Shown here piece after piece: positions 9,154-18,820 of a stretch of DNA of 64,000 nucleotides (position 1 is the first letter of the stretch; the number at the start of each line of letters is the position of its first letter). The notes beneath the pieces were generated by a model that worked only from the letters and a program-made list of their open reading frames with translations, did not search any database and had not been told where the DNA came from. This DNA comes from Anaerotignum sp. Its GTDB lineage: Bacteria; Bacillota; Clostridia; Lachnospirales; Anaerotignaceae. The stretch lies in the NCBI GenBank assembly GCA_020024455.1, contig JAHHTU010000005.1, forward strand, positions 1,460-65,459, written 5' to 3'. The position numbers were made by a program, and so were the translations under genes.

Positions 9154-10069
9154 CTTAAACACATATTATCGCAACTTATTCGGCAGTAAAACAGCAAAAA
9201 TTTCATTGGACGGCGGCTTTACCTGCCCCAATCGTGATGGCACATTGGGCTTTGGCGGTTGCCTGTTTTGCTCGGAAGAAGGCTCTGGCGATTTTTCGAC
9301 ATCGGCAAAATTATCCATTGCACAACAAATACAACAGGGCAAACAACAAACCGCCGCAAAATGGGAAAATCCCAAATATATTGCTTATTTTCAAGCATAT
9401 ACCAACACATATGCCCCTGCCAGCCATCTGGATAAATTGTATACAGAGGCAATCACGCAGCCCGATATTGTGGGCATTTCCATTGCCACACGCCCCGATT
9501 GTCTGCCGCCTGATGTATTGGACGTATTGTCCAAACTGCAAACCAAAACAAAAGTATGGGTAGAATTGGGCTTGCAAACGGCAAATGAAACCTCTGCACA
9601 GTTTATCCGTCGGGGCTATCCAAATGCCGTTTTTGAAAAAGCCGTTGCCGATTTGCACGAAAGAAATATCGAAATTGTGGCACATACCATCATCGGTTTA
9701 CCAAACGAAACATCGGAGGATATTTACCAAACGATTGCTTATTTGAACCGACTGCCCATACAAGGCATCAAATTGCATTTGTTGCATATCCTCTCCCACA
9801 CAGGATTGGCAAATCTTTATCAGCGTGGTGCATATACACCTTTGACCAAAGAACTGTATATTGACATCATCTGTGGCTGTATTGCCCGTTTACGCCCCGA
9901 TATTGTCATACACAGACTCACAGGCGACGGCAACGCCAAAACATTGCTTGCCCCGCTTTGGAGCTTAAACAAGCGTGACGTTTTGAATACCATACATAAA
10001 GAATTGCGTCTGCGACAAATCCACCAAGGCGATTGTTACCAAAAACCGAATGGATTGTTGTTTTTTTGA
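9137..10069 (+). CDS. TIGR01212-family radical SAM protein (YhcC/YtqA-like)
   Basis: GFTCPNRDG...GGCLFC, YFQAYTNTY, TRPDC, VELGLQT and HRLTGD motifs. Confidence 0.93.
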   Translation: MKPYLDLNTYYRNLFGSKTAKISLDGGFTCPNRDGTLGFGGCLFCSEEGSGDFSTSAKLSIAQQIQQGKQQTAAKWENPKYIAYFQAYTNTYAPASHLDKLYTEAITQPDIVGISIATRPDCLPPDVLDVLSKLQTKTKVWVELGLQTANETSAQFIRRGYPNAVFEKAVADLHERNIEIVAHTIIGLPNETSEDIYQTIAYLNRLPIQGIKLHLLHILSHTGLANLYQRGAYTPLTKELYIDIICGCIARLRPDIVIHRLTGDGNAKTLLAPLWSLNKRDVLNTIHKELRLRQIHQGDCYQKPNGLLFF

Positions 10070-10152
10070 TTTTTTTCTTGTTTTTTGTTTTTCTTTTGAC
10101 AAAAATATGATATGATAAGGAACAGTAATACAGTAAAAAAGGAGGGTTTTCT

Positions 10153-10755
10153 ATGCCTGACTCCATTCGGCAATTAGCAGAACATAAATTGATTATTCTG
10201 CATTTGCTGCAAAAAATGGGCATTGCGTTGTCAAACAGTGAAATTTGCCAATTTTTATTGGAAAAAAATTATATGGATTATTTTTCTGTACAGCAATATC
10301 TGGCAGAATTGGTTGACGCAGGCTGGTTGGAAAAGTCACGGGAACAAAACAACACCCGTTACACCCTCACAGACGAAGGTGACGAAACCGTCAACTATTT
10401 TTTGAACCACATTTCTGAACACGCACGCAATGAAATCAACACCTATGTGCAGGAAAACAGCAAACGTATTCGTGCAGAATACGCCGTCACCGCAAACTAT
10501 TTTCCGGAAATCAACGATGATTTTTTGGTAAAATGCGGCTTAAACGATGATAACGGTAACATTTTGATGGAAATTAGTGTTTCTGTCGTATCCAAACAGC
10601 AAGCACTTGCTATCTGTCGGAATTGGCGAAAAAATGTCAGCCATTTGTATGGCTCTATTGTGACATCGCTTGTCAAAGATACCGAGGCAGAACACAGCAC
10701 ATTCAAAGCCAATCCGCAGAATTTTCCGTCTGCGACAAAAGATGCATCGGAATAA
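10153..10755 (+). CDS. DUF4364-family winged-helix protein
   Basis: KLIILxLL...LSNSEI..F.LEKNYMDYF..QQYLAEL...Y.LT.EG pattern; ggagg RBS. Confidence 0.85.
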   Translation: MPDSIRQLAEHKLIILHLLQKMGIALSNSEICQFLLEKNYMDYFSVQQYLAELVDAGWLEKSREQNNTRYTLTDEGDETVNYFLNHISEHARNEINTYVQENSKRIRAEYAVTANYFPEINDDFLVKCGLNDDNGNILMEISVSVVSKQQALAICRNWRKNVSHLYGSIVTSLVKDTEAEHSTFKANPQNFPSATKDASE

Positions 10756-10762
10756 CCAATAC

Positions 10763-10806
10763 AAAAAAACCAAAAAACACCGATATATCGGTATTTTTTG
10801 GTTTTT
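10763..10806. terminator. Long bidirectional terminator
   Basis: aaaaaccaaaaaacaccgat-at-atcggtattttttggttttt near-perfect inverted repeat between convergent genes. Confidence 0.8.
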
Positions 10807-10810
10807 ATCT

Positions 10811-11050
10811 TTATATCTCTTTCGGTTTTGTCATACCCACAAATGCAAAACGAGGCATTTTTTCTCCTTCTGCTTCCACATCTTCCAAAAACATCTCCAA
10901 CGGTCTGACCCATAATCCAAAATCGCCGTATTGTGGCTGATATACCACCAATTCCTCCAATGTTTCGGAATGTTTCGCAACACCCAACACTTGATAATAC
11001 TTCCCTTTATAATGTCTGTAATAGCCATTGTTATGTATTTGTTTTTGCAT
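10811..11050 (-). CDS. DUF1653-domain protein
   Basis: YRHYKGKYYQV..VAKHSETLEELVVYQ..YG...LWVRPLEMF...PRF. Confidence 0.9.
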   Translation of the reverse strand: MQKQIHNNGYYRHYKGKYYQVLGVAKHSETLEELVVYQPQYGDFGLWVRPLEMFLEDVEAEGEKMPRFAFVGMTKPKEI

Positions 11051-11117
11051 ATCGTCCCCTCTTTTCTGTAAATGCCCCTTGCATGACATACCATTGCCAC
11101 GCAAGGGGACTTGCTTT

Positions 11118-11663
11118 TCATTGTTCCATTTGTTTGCCTAAAAAACCTGCGGCAGTTTGTGCCAATTTGCCTTCCACTTCGCCCATTTTTTTCTCTTTGG
11201 ACAAAAACAATACCGCCCCCATAGCGTCACCCTCTGCAATGATGGGTGCTACCAACTGATACGGATATGTGTTTTCCTCTTTTTCATATAATACAGGTAC
11301 AAATTGCCCATCATGTTCCTGTGCGGTAAAGGCAACCCTTTTTGCAATACATTCTTCCATTTCGGGACTAATGCGTTTTTCCAAAAATTCTTTTTTTGCA
11401 CCACCGGACACCGCAATGATGCGGTCTTTGTCCACAATGCAAACAATATGCCCTGCGGTTTGTGCCAAACTTTCCGCATATTCTTTTGCAAATGTGCCCA
11501 ATTCTCCAATCGGAGAATATTTTTTGAGTATAATTTCTCCCTCTCTGTCTGTAAAGATTTCCAAGGGGTCACCTTCCCGAATGCGTAGTGTGCGGCGAAT
11601 TTCTTTTGGTATCACAACTCTGCCTAAATCGTCAATTCTTCTGACAATACCTGTTGCTTTCAT
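11118..11663 (-). CDS. spoVT: Stage V sporulation protein T
   Basis: MKATGIVRRIDDLGRVVIPKEIRRTLRIREGDPLEIF AbrB domain plus GAF C-terminus ending AGFLGKQME. Confidence 0.97.
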   Translation of the reverse strand: MKATGIVRRIDDLGRVVIPKEIRRTLRIREGDPLEIFTDREGEIILKKYSPIGELGTFAKEYAESLAQTAGHIVCIVDKDRIIAVSGGAKKEFLEKRISPEMEECIAKRVAFTAQEHDGQFVPVLYEKEENTYPYQLVAPIIAEGDAMGAVLFLSKEKKMGEVEGKLAQTAAGFLGKQMEQ

Positions 11664-11720
11664 GTTTGTTTTGCCCTCCTTATTTTTGCCAACAAATGTA
11701 GTTGGTTGTTTTTACAAAAA

Positions 11721-11750
11721 TAGTATGAACCAAACAAAACAAAATTATGT
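11721..11750 (-). promoter_or_regulatory. Sigma-G-type forespore promoter of spoVT
   Basis: Minus strand ACATA-18 nt-CATACTA; spoVT is sigma-G-dependent in Bacillus subtilis. Confidence 0.65.
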
Positions 11751-11769
11751 AAAAATACATCTCTTTGCC

Positions 11770-11810
11770 AAAAAATCTCTTGTGAAATCGGAATTTTACA
11801 AGAGATTTTT
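11770..11810 (-). terminator. Terminator after the coaX pair
   Basis: aaaaatctcttgtgaaat-loop-attttacaagagattttt. Confidence 0.8.
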
Positions 11811-11812
11811 GT

Positions 11813-12583
11813 TCATGCTTTATTTTTTTGATATAACAATTTCAACCCCTTTAATGTCAAAACAGGGTCTAAGACATCGAATATTTTTCTGTCAGGGTCA
11901 ATCACCCTTGCCAAGCCACCGGTTGCAATGACTTTCATATTTGGCATATCCAATTCTTTTTTCAATCTGTCAATGATATATGTAGTTTGTCCAATATGTC
12001 CCAATACCAAACCTGCCTGAATACTGCCAACCGTATTTTTGACAATGATGGACTTTGGTTTTTTGATTTCGATTTTGGGTAGTTGTGCCGCTCTTTGTGT
12101 CAAAGCTTCCGCACAAATAGAAATCCCCGGTGTAATCAACCCTGTGATAAACTCTGACTTTTCATTGATGACATCAAATGTGTTTGCTGTACCATAATCA
12201 ATGACCACCGCAGGCCCGCCATAAATTTCGTTTGCTGCCACCAAATTGACAATACGGTCAGCCCCCACACTTTTGGGGTCATCTCTTTTGATTGCAATCC
12301 CTGTTTTCATACCCACGCTCACAATCATCGGTTCAATATGAAAATATTTGCGTATGCCTTGTGTCAAGGAATACATAATATCAGGTACAACAGAAGAAAT
12401 AATCACCGCTTTGATATCTTTTGCCTGCAATTCGGACGCATCAAACAAAGAATGGATAAATATTCCTGTTTCATCAGCCGTTCTCACGCCGGCAGTTGCC
12501 ATACGCCAGCATTTTATCAATCGTTCCCCTTTATACACACCCAAAACATAATTGGTGTTTCCCACATCAATTACCAAAAGCAT
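11813..12583 (-). CDS. coaX: Type III pantothenate kinase (canonical copy)
   Basis: IDVGNTN, SSVVP, GADRIVN, DYGTA, TGGLA and LTLKGL motifs. Confidence 0.95.
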   Translation of the reverse strand: MLLVIDVGNTNYVLGVYKGERLIKCWRMATAGVRTADETGIFIHSLFDASELQAKDIKAVIISSVVPDIMYSLTQGIRKYFHIEPMIVSVGMKTGIAIKRDDPKSVGADRIVNLVAANEIYGGPAVVIDYGTANTFDVINEKSEFITGLITPGISICAEALTQRAAQLPKIEIKKPKSIIVKNTVGSIQAGLVLGHIGQTTYIIDRLKKELDMPNMKVIATGGLARVIDPDRKIFDVLDPVLTLKGLKLLYQKNKA

Positions 12584-12595
12584 TTCGGTTTCCTC

Positions 12596-13369
12596 CTATT
12601 TCCTGTTTTTGTTCTTTTCATATAGTAAACGCAATCCTTGTAAAGCCAAAACAGGGTCATATACATCAAATATTTCCTCATTTGGGTCAATCACTCTTGC
12701 CAAACCACCCGTTGCCACAACTTTCATATGTGGCATATCAAACCAATTTTTGATTTGTTCGATAATATACCGTGTTTCGCCAATATGCCCCACCACAATA
12801 CCTGCCTGTATGCTTTCCACAGTATTTTTTGTAATCAAGCTGGTTTCTTTGATTTCAATTTTGGGTAGTTGTGCGGCTCTTTGTGTCAAAGTATCTGCAC
12901 AAATTTGTATCCCCGGTGCTGTAATACCGGTCAAAAATTCCCCATTTTCGCTCAACACATCAAATGTGGTTGCAGTGCTGTAATCAATCACAATCGCAGA
13001 CCCACCGTACAATTCATACGCTGCCACCAAATTCACAATGCGGTCTGTTCCCATTTCTTTTGGATTTTCCATACGCAGATTGATTCCTGTTTTCATACCT
13101 GCTTTGACAACCATAGGTTCTTTCTGCAAATATTTTTTAATCCCATTCAACAAAGAATACATCACATTCGGTACAACGGAAGAAACCACGACTGCCTCAA
13201 TGTCTGCAATCGACACCTCAGAATGTACAAACAGCATACGCAACAACATACCCGTTTCATCAGATGTACGATTGTTTAATGTAGACAGTCGCCAATTCGC
13301 CACCAAACAGGCGTTATCAAACACACCCAATGTGGTATTGGTATTGCTCACATCAATTACTAATATCAT
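12596..13369 (-). CDS. coaX: Type III pantothenate kinase paralogue with altered phosphate-binding loops
   Basis: IDVSNTN, SSVVP, GTDRIVN, DYSTATTFD and TGGLA motifs; aaggag RBS before ATG 13369. Confidence 0.9.
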   Translation of the reverse strand: MILVIDVSNTNTTLGVFDNACLVANWRLSTLNNRTSDETGMLLRMLFVHSEVSIADIEAVVVSSVVPNVMYSLLNGIKKYLQKEPMVVKAGMKTGINLRMENPKEMGTDRIVNLVAAYELYGGSAIVIDYSTATTFDVLSENGEFLTGITAPGIQICADTLTQRAAQLPKIEIKETSLITKNTVESIQAGIVVGHIGETRYIIEQIKNWFDMPHMKVVATGGLARVIDPNEEIFDVYDPVLALQGLRLLYEKNKNRK

Positions 13370-13456
13370 CTTTGTACTCCTTACTTTGTTTTGTTTATCA
13401 AAAAACGGCACGGGCATACAGCACCCCTGCCGCATCATATCCGCATGATTTATGAT

Positions 13457-14083
13457 TTATACACGTCTTTTGCCGACCGTTCTTGCCAACACTTTGCTGA
13501 TGATACCGCCCAATACACAGCTTGCAGACATCTCCAACGCACCATTGATGCCCACAAATGCAAACACAAACAAAAATGGGTTCAAACCACCAAAGCCTGT
13601 ATTCAAATTTTGTATAAATTCTGTATTCCAGAACAATAGCAGCAATGCACTCATAAAGAATACTGTATTGAAAAATGCAGTCAAAAAACCACCAATAAAA
13701 TAACAAACCGTTTTTGATTTATCTACTTTATGTAGCAACTGAAAACAAACGCTTGCCAAATATCCCATCAACATTCTGGTTGGGATACAAAGCAGGAATG
13801 TTCCCACAGGATTCATATTCCATAACGTAGCCGTAAACCAAGATGCCCCTGTCAAGGCTTGCTGAAAACTGGTTGCACCAAACACAAAGCCCAACCACAA
13901 ACCAACTTTCGGGCCAAGTATCATACCACCAATGGCAACCGGTATCATCATCAAAGAAATATCCAGTCCCAATGTGTGGAAATATCCAATCGGTGTAAAT
14001 GACATCACCAACAACAATCCTGTCAACAAGCCACAGGCTGTCATTTCTCGTACCGATAATCCGCTTGTTACTTTTTTATTCAT
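13457..14083 (-). CDS. panT: ECF transporter S component, pantothenate PanT-like
   Basis: Hydrophobic protein with FTPIGY, IPVAIG..ILGP..G..LG.VFG.TS, IPTR and NTVFF motifs; upstream of coaX. Confidence 0.85.
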   Translation of the reverse strand: MNKKVTSGLSVREMTACGLLTGLLLVMSFTPIGYFHTLGLDISLMMIPVAIGGMILGPKVGLWLGFVFGATSFQQALTGASWFTATLWNMNPVGTFLLCIPTRMLMGYLASVCFQLLHKVDKSKTVCYFIGGFLTAFFNTVFFMSALLLLFWNTEFIQNLNTGFGGLNPFLFVFAFVGINGALEMSASCVLGGIISKVLARTVGKRRV

Positions 14084-14232
14084 TCTTTTTTTTGCTCCTT
14101 TCATTCTCATTCTGTTATGAGATATAAGATGACTTGGAAATAGTGGTTTCCACAAATTGATAACAATACAGTACATTTGCCTTTGGGCATAACATCTGTA
14201 TGTTTTTTTGTCCTTTTGCGTAACCACCATAT

Positions 14233-14260
14233 ATTATAACAGCAAATCCATAGATTACAA
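14233..14260 (-). promoter_or_regulatory. Sigma-A-type promoter for panT-coaX-coaX
   Basis: Minus strand TTGTAA-16 nt-TATAAT with TGn extension. Confidence 0.6.
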
Positions 14261-14299
14261 TATTTTTTTCTATATTTTTGTTATTTTTTATACAAAGTT

Positions 14300-14671
14300 T
14301 TATCTGTTTTCATTTTTTTCCGCTTGTTTGAGCAATTCTTGTTTGACTTTTTCGCCTTCTTCTGTGAAATATATTGCATACCATAGTTCTAACGCACGCA
14401 AAAGCTCTTTTTGTTCCCGTTGTATACGTTTGATTTCCAATTCTGCCCCAATTTCATCAAAATCAAAATCATCTTCTCTTTTGACGGTTTCAAAATACAA
14501 TGTACCATCTTCTGCAAACCCCATCAAAAAGGTACACGCCAATTTTTGTGCCATCACCACACAAATGGTACGCACTTCTTCCTGTATGCTTTCTGGCAAT
14601 GCAGCAAATGCCTGTTCCAAAAAATATTTTTGTTCGGTATAGCTTGCCCCTGCCAACACTGTTTTTTCCAT
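14300..14671 (-). CDS. DUF6145-like conserved protein
   Basis: VLAGASY.EQKYF...FAALP..IQEE...DF.FDEIGAELEIK...LELWY pattern; abuts the birA stop. Confidence 0.8.
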   Translation of the reverse strand: MEKTVLAGASYTEQKYFLEQAFAALPESIQEEVRTICVVMAQKLACTFLMGFAEDGTLYFETVKREDDFDFDEIGAELEIKRIQREQKELLRALELWYAIYFTEEGEKVKQELLKQAEKNENR

Positions 14672-15643
14672 TTATTTCATCACTCCTCGAATGGATACCT
14701 CTCCTGCATATACCACTTCTTTTTTTCCGGTATCTGCCCTTTTCACCAACAATTCTCCCTCTTGTGTGATATCCAAAGCCGTTGCCACAAAAGGCTCTTT
14801 GCCATACACCACAACCTCTTTGCCCAATGTCATACAGTTTTTACGATATTGTTCCAAAAACGGTTCAAATGAGCCTGCCGCTAAAAATGCATCATAATAT
14901 CGTTCCAAAGACTCCATGATATTTTGCACAATTTTTTTGCGTGGATATGTTTGTCCGCTTTCCAAATATAAAGAAGTGGCAATATCCTGTAAATCTTCCG
15001 GAAACTCTTTTGTATTGACATTGATACCAATGCCCATCACCACAAAATGTACCTCCGTCAATTCACAATCCATCTCTGTCAAAATGCCAACTGCCTTTTT
15101 GTTTCCGACATAAATATCGTTTGGCCATTTAATCTGTGGCTGTAATTGCGTCATATTCTGCAATACCTCGCAAACTGCCAACCCTCCCAGCAATGTCAAT
15201 ACAGATGCCTGTGCAGGTACAATATTGGGACGCAACAACACACTCAGCCATACACCCGTACCAACAGGAGATTGCCAAGGTTTGCCTCGTCTGCCACGCC
15301 CTTGTGTCTGCAACTCTGCCACAGCCAAAGTCCCTTCTTTTGCCCCCGCAAGTGCCAATTCCCGTATACGATTGTTTGTGCTGTCTGTTTCCTGAAAGAA
15401 ATGTACGGTTTTCCCCATTCTTTGTGCTTTTCTGCCTTTTTCCAACTCTCTTTGGTTATACATGGTTTCGGGGTGTATCAAACGATACCCTTTGTTTGTA
15501 ATTGCCTCAATTTCATACCCCTCTTGACGTAATTTTTCAATCCCTTTCCATACTGCCGCACGGGAAACAGAAAGCTGGTTGCCAATTTCTTGCCCTGAAA
15601 CAAAATCACCGGCTTGCTGTAATACATCTAATATACGATACAT
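14672..15643 (-). CDS. birA: Bifunctional biotin operon repressor / biotin-protein ligase
   Basis: VSGQEI...VSRAAVWK HTH, DSTN, QTQGRGRRG..W, KWPND and KKAVGIL motifs; alternative start at 15655. Confidence 0.95.
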   Translation of the reverse strand: MYRILDVLQQAGDFVSGQEIGNQLSVSRAAVWKGIEKLRQEGYEIEAITNKGYRLIHPETMYNQRELEKGRKAQRMGKTVHFFQETDSTNNRIRELALAGAKEGTLAVAELQTQGRGRRGKPWQSPVGTGVWLSVLLRPNIVPAQASVLTLLGGLAVCEVLQNMTQLQPQIKWPNDIYVGNKKAVGILTEMDCELTEVHFVVMGIGINVNTKEFPEDLQDIATSLYLESGQTYPRKKIVQNIMESLERYYDAFLAAGSFEPFLEQYRKNCMTLGKEVVVYGKEPFVATALDITQEGELLVKRADTGKKEVVYAGEVSIRGVMK

Positions 15644-15663
15644 ACTTTCCAACACCTTTCAAG

Positions 15664-15694
15664 AAAAAGACGTCGGGAAATCCGACGTCCTTTT
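15664..15694 (-). terminator. Terminator after ftsH and the thioesterase gene
   Basis: gacgtcgg-gaaat-ccgacgtc hairpin with flanking A/T runs. Confidence 0.75.
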
Positions 15695-15707
15695 GGTTGT
15701 TTCAAAC

Positions 15708-16109
15708 TTATTTTTTACCTTTTTCATTCACACGACCTAAGAATTTTTTCAGGTCGATGATGGCACGACCATGTGTGCCTTCGCAAATTTTATCTACTTC
15801 ATCATATGCTTTCACACTAAATGTCAATAATTTGCCATTGACCTCTGTCAATTCTGTCACCACACGCACTTTCATGCCAACAGGTGTTGCTGCCAAGTGT
15901 TTGAAATCAAATGTTGTGCCAACGGTTTCCCAACCATCTGGCAAAAATGGTGCAACTGTGCCAATCGCAGTACCTTCTATCCAAGAAAGCAGTTTGGGAG
16001 AGGCAAACACAGGCACGTTGTCATTTCCAAAATGTGCTGCGGTATCACTTTCTTCCACAATATATTCTCTTTCATAAGACATACCCGGTACAATGTTGTT
16101 AAATTCCAT
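15708..16109 (-). CDS. Hotdog-fold thioesterase (fluoroacetyl-CoA thioesterase FlK-like)
   Basis: DTAAHFG..VFASP...E, TVGT....HLAATPVG and G.H.RAII motifs. Confidence 0.88.
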   Translation of the reverse strand: MEFNNIVPGMSYEREYIVEESDTAAHFGNDNVPVFASPKLLSWIEGTAIGTVAPFLPDGWETVGTTFDFKHLAATPVGMKVRVVTELTEVNGKLLTFSVKAYDEVDKICEGTHGRAIIDLKKFLGRVNEKGKK

Positions 16110-16126
16110 AAATACAATCCCCTTTC

Positions 16127-18085
16127 TTATTCCTCTGTTTTGTTATCTTCTTGTGCATCAGCAGCAGATATAGGTTTTTCTTTTTGTAATGTCACAGGCT
16201 GATTTGATTCCTGTGTGATTTCTTCTGCCAAGCCTAAAATTCGGTCTCGTTCTTCTTTCTCAAACAACTTGCGGAATTCTTCCCCAGTGATTTTTTCTTT
16301 TTCTACCAGCAATTTTGCAGATGCGTGCAATACTTCCATATTTTCTTGCAACAGACGCAGAGCCTCGTTGTATGCCCCCATCACAATGCGTTTGACTTCA
16401 TCGTCGATGGTGGTTGCCACTGCTTCGCCATAATTGCGGCTGTGTCCCCAATCTCTGCCGATAAAGACTTCATTGCTGTCCTCACCAAACTGAATAGGGC
16501 CAAGTGCCTCACTCATACCATATTGTGTGACCATACCCCTTGCCATTGCGGTTGCACGTTCAATATCGTTTGATGCTCCTGTTGTCACATCTTTAATCAC
16601 CAAAGCTTCTGCGGCACGACCGCCCAAAAAACTAATGATTTCCTGCTCCATGTACAACTTTGTCATATACATCTTATCTTCTCCGGGCAACGGCATGGTA
16701 TAACCGCCTGCCATACCTGTCGGAATGATGGAAATGCTATGCACAGGGTCCAATTCGCTCAACACTTCAAATAAAATCGCATGACCGCTTTCATGATATG
16801 CTGTGATATATTTTTCTTTGTCGGAAATGACTCTTGTCTTTTTCTCTGTACCCACACCAATTTTAATCAAGGCACGTTGTATAGACTCCATCGTGATGGT
16901 CTTTTTGCCGTCTCTTGCAGAAAGCAATGCTGCTTCATTCAACAAATTGGATAAGTCTGCACCAGTCATGCCTGCGGTTGTCTGTGCGACCACTTTCAAA
17001 TCCACCTCTTGGTCTAAGGGTTTGCCTTTGGAATGGACACGCAAAATGGCTTCTCTGCCTTTTACGTCAGGTCTGCCGACATATACCTGTCTGTCAAAAC
17101 GACCGGGTCTTAACAATGCAGGGTCTAAGATATCCGCTCTGTTTGTTGCCGCAATGATGATAACACTTTCGTTGATACCGAAACCGTCCATCTCTACCAA
17201 TAACTGATTGAGTGTTTGTTCTCTTTCATCATGCCCACCGCCAAGGCCTGCACCTCTGCGACGACCAACCGCATCAATTTCATCAATGAATACAATACTG
17301 GGAGAATTTTTCTTTGCCTGTTCAAACAAATCTCTCACACGAGATGCACCCACACCGACAAACATTTCTACGAAATCGGAACCGGAAATAGAGAAAAACG
17401 GTACGCCCGCCTCACCGGCAACGGCTTTTGCCAGCAATGTTTTCCCTGTCCCCGGAGGGCCCACCAACAAAACACCTTTTGGAATTCTTGCACCCAGTTC
17501 TGTAAATTTTTGTGGATTTTTCAAAAACTGTACCAATTCTTCCAATTCTGCTTTTTCTTCATCACAACCTGCCACATTGTCAAATGTGACTTTGTTTTTG
17601 TCATCAACATTCATTTTTGCACGGCTTTTGCCAAATGACGCCATTTTTCCGCCGCCACCCTGCATTTTGCCAAACAGTACAACAAATAACACAACCATCA
17701 ATATCATCATCACCAAAGATGGTAATATGGCTGTCAGCATACTTTCTCTTGGCGGGTCTATGGCAACAATTTTGATGTCACTTCCCTGTGCCGGCATTTC
17801 ATTGACATTTTGCATAAACGCCTCAATGCTTGGCACACTGACTTTCATCACACCGCCGTCGTCCAGCGTTGCAATGACCGTTGCGTAATCGCCCACTTCT
17901 TTGCTTCTGGTTACTTCCAATGTTGCCACTGTATCTTCTTCTAATTCTTTCAATAAATCTGCATACGTATATGCTTTCACTTCTTTTTCCGGCTGTATCA
18001 AACCTTTGCCGCTAAATGCCAAGGCAGCCAAAATCATTACGAATATCAGCACATATAATCCTGCTGATTGCCAATATTTTTTCAA
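16127..18085 (-). CDS. ftsH: ATP-dependent zinc metalloprotease FtsH
   Basis: Two TM segments, [28 protein letters not shown] and TGASND motifs; follows hpt. Confidence 0.98.
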   Translation of the reverse strand: MKKYWQSAGLYVLIFVMILAALAFSGKGLIQPEKEVKAYTYADLLKELEEDTVATLEVTRSKEVGDYATVIATLDDGGVMKVSVPSIEAFMQNVNEMPAQGSDIKIVAIDPPRESMLTAILPSLVMMILMVVLFVVLFGKMQGGGGKMASFGKSRAKMNVDDKNKVTFDNVAGCDEEKAELEELVQFLKNPQKFTELGARIPKGVLLVGPPGTGKTLLAKAVAGEAGVPFFSISGSDFVEMFVGVGASRVRDLFEQAKKNSPSIVFIDEIDAVGRRRGAGLGGGHDEREQTLNQLLVEMDGFGINESVIIIAATNRADILDPALLRPGRFDRQVYVGRPDVKGREAILRVHSKGKPLDQEVDLKVVAQTTAGMTGADLSNLLNEAALLSARDGKKTITMESIQRALIKIGVGTEKKTRVISDKEKYITAYHESGHAILFEVLSELDPVHSISIIPTGMAGGYTMPLPGEDKMYMTKLYMEQEIISFLGGRAAEALVIKDVTTGASNDIERATAMARGMVTQYGMSEALGPIQFGEDSNEVFIGRDWGHSRNYGEAVATTIDDEVKRIVMGAYNEALRLLQENMEVLHASAKLLVEKEKITGEEFRKLFEKEERDRILGLAEEITQESNQPVTLQKEKPISAADAQEDNKTEE

Positions 18086-18289
18086 GAGCTTCCCCCCTAT
18101 TTTTTATCAAAACTGATTATTTTTTTGATATGTTTACAGATAGCATATCAATTTACAATTCTATCACAGATTATCCAAAAAGGCAACGGCGGTTTTTAGA
18201 AAGAAAGTGTGAAAAAAAGCGTTTTCCGCCCGAAAATACACAAAAGCGTTAGCTTTTTGTGCTAACGCCGTATACTTTCTCATTGTTTT

Positions 18290-18820
18290 TTAATCTTCAT
18301 CAAAATGAATGACACCCACATAGTCCAAATTTCTGTATTTTTGTGCATAATCCAAACCATATCCAACCACAAAAGCATCTGGAATGGTAAAGCCCACATA
18401 ATCCACAGGCACATCTGTCACACGACGGTCCGGTTTGTCCAACAATGTGCAAATTTTGAAGTTTTTGGGATTTCTGTGCAACAACAATTCACGCAAATGG
18501 CTCAATGTTCTGCCGCTGTCAATGATATCTTCTACCAGCAATACATTTTTGCCTGTAATATCTTCGTCCAAATCACGCAAAATTTTGATATGTCCGCTGC
18601 TTTCTGTGCCATCGCCATAACTGGAAACGTCCATAAAATTCAACGTCACAGGCAATTTGATTTTTTTTGCCAATTCCACCAGTGTCACAACGCCGCCTTT
18701 GAGTACGCAAACCAGTTCCACCTGCTCACCTGCAAAATCGTTTTGTACCTGTTCCGCAATTTCTTCCAATCTTTTGGAAATTGCTTCTGCTGAAATCATG
18801 ACTTCAATTCTTTCTTTCAT
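18290..18820 (-). CDS. hpt: Hypoxanthine phosphoribosyltransferase
   Basis: VLKG, VSSYG, VLLVEDIIDSGRTL and FVVGYGLDY motifs. Confidence 0.97.
   Translation of the reverse strand: MKERIEVMISAEAISKRLEEIAEQVQNDFAGEQVELVCVLKGGVVTLVELAKKIKLPVTLNFMDVSSYGDGTESSGHIKILRDLDEDITGKNVLLVEDIIDSGRTLSHLRELLLHRNPKNFKICTLLDKPDRRVTDVPVDYVGFTIPDAFVVGYGLDYAQKYRNLDYVGVIHFDED

Noticed and set aside
10763..10806. Long inverted repeats as MITE/REP elements
   Set aside because: This and similar palindromes sit at gene ends with A/T tails and do not share sequence; they are best explained as intrinsic terminators
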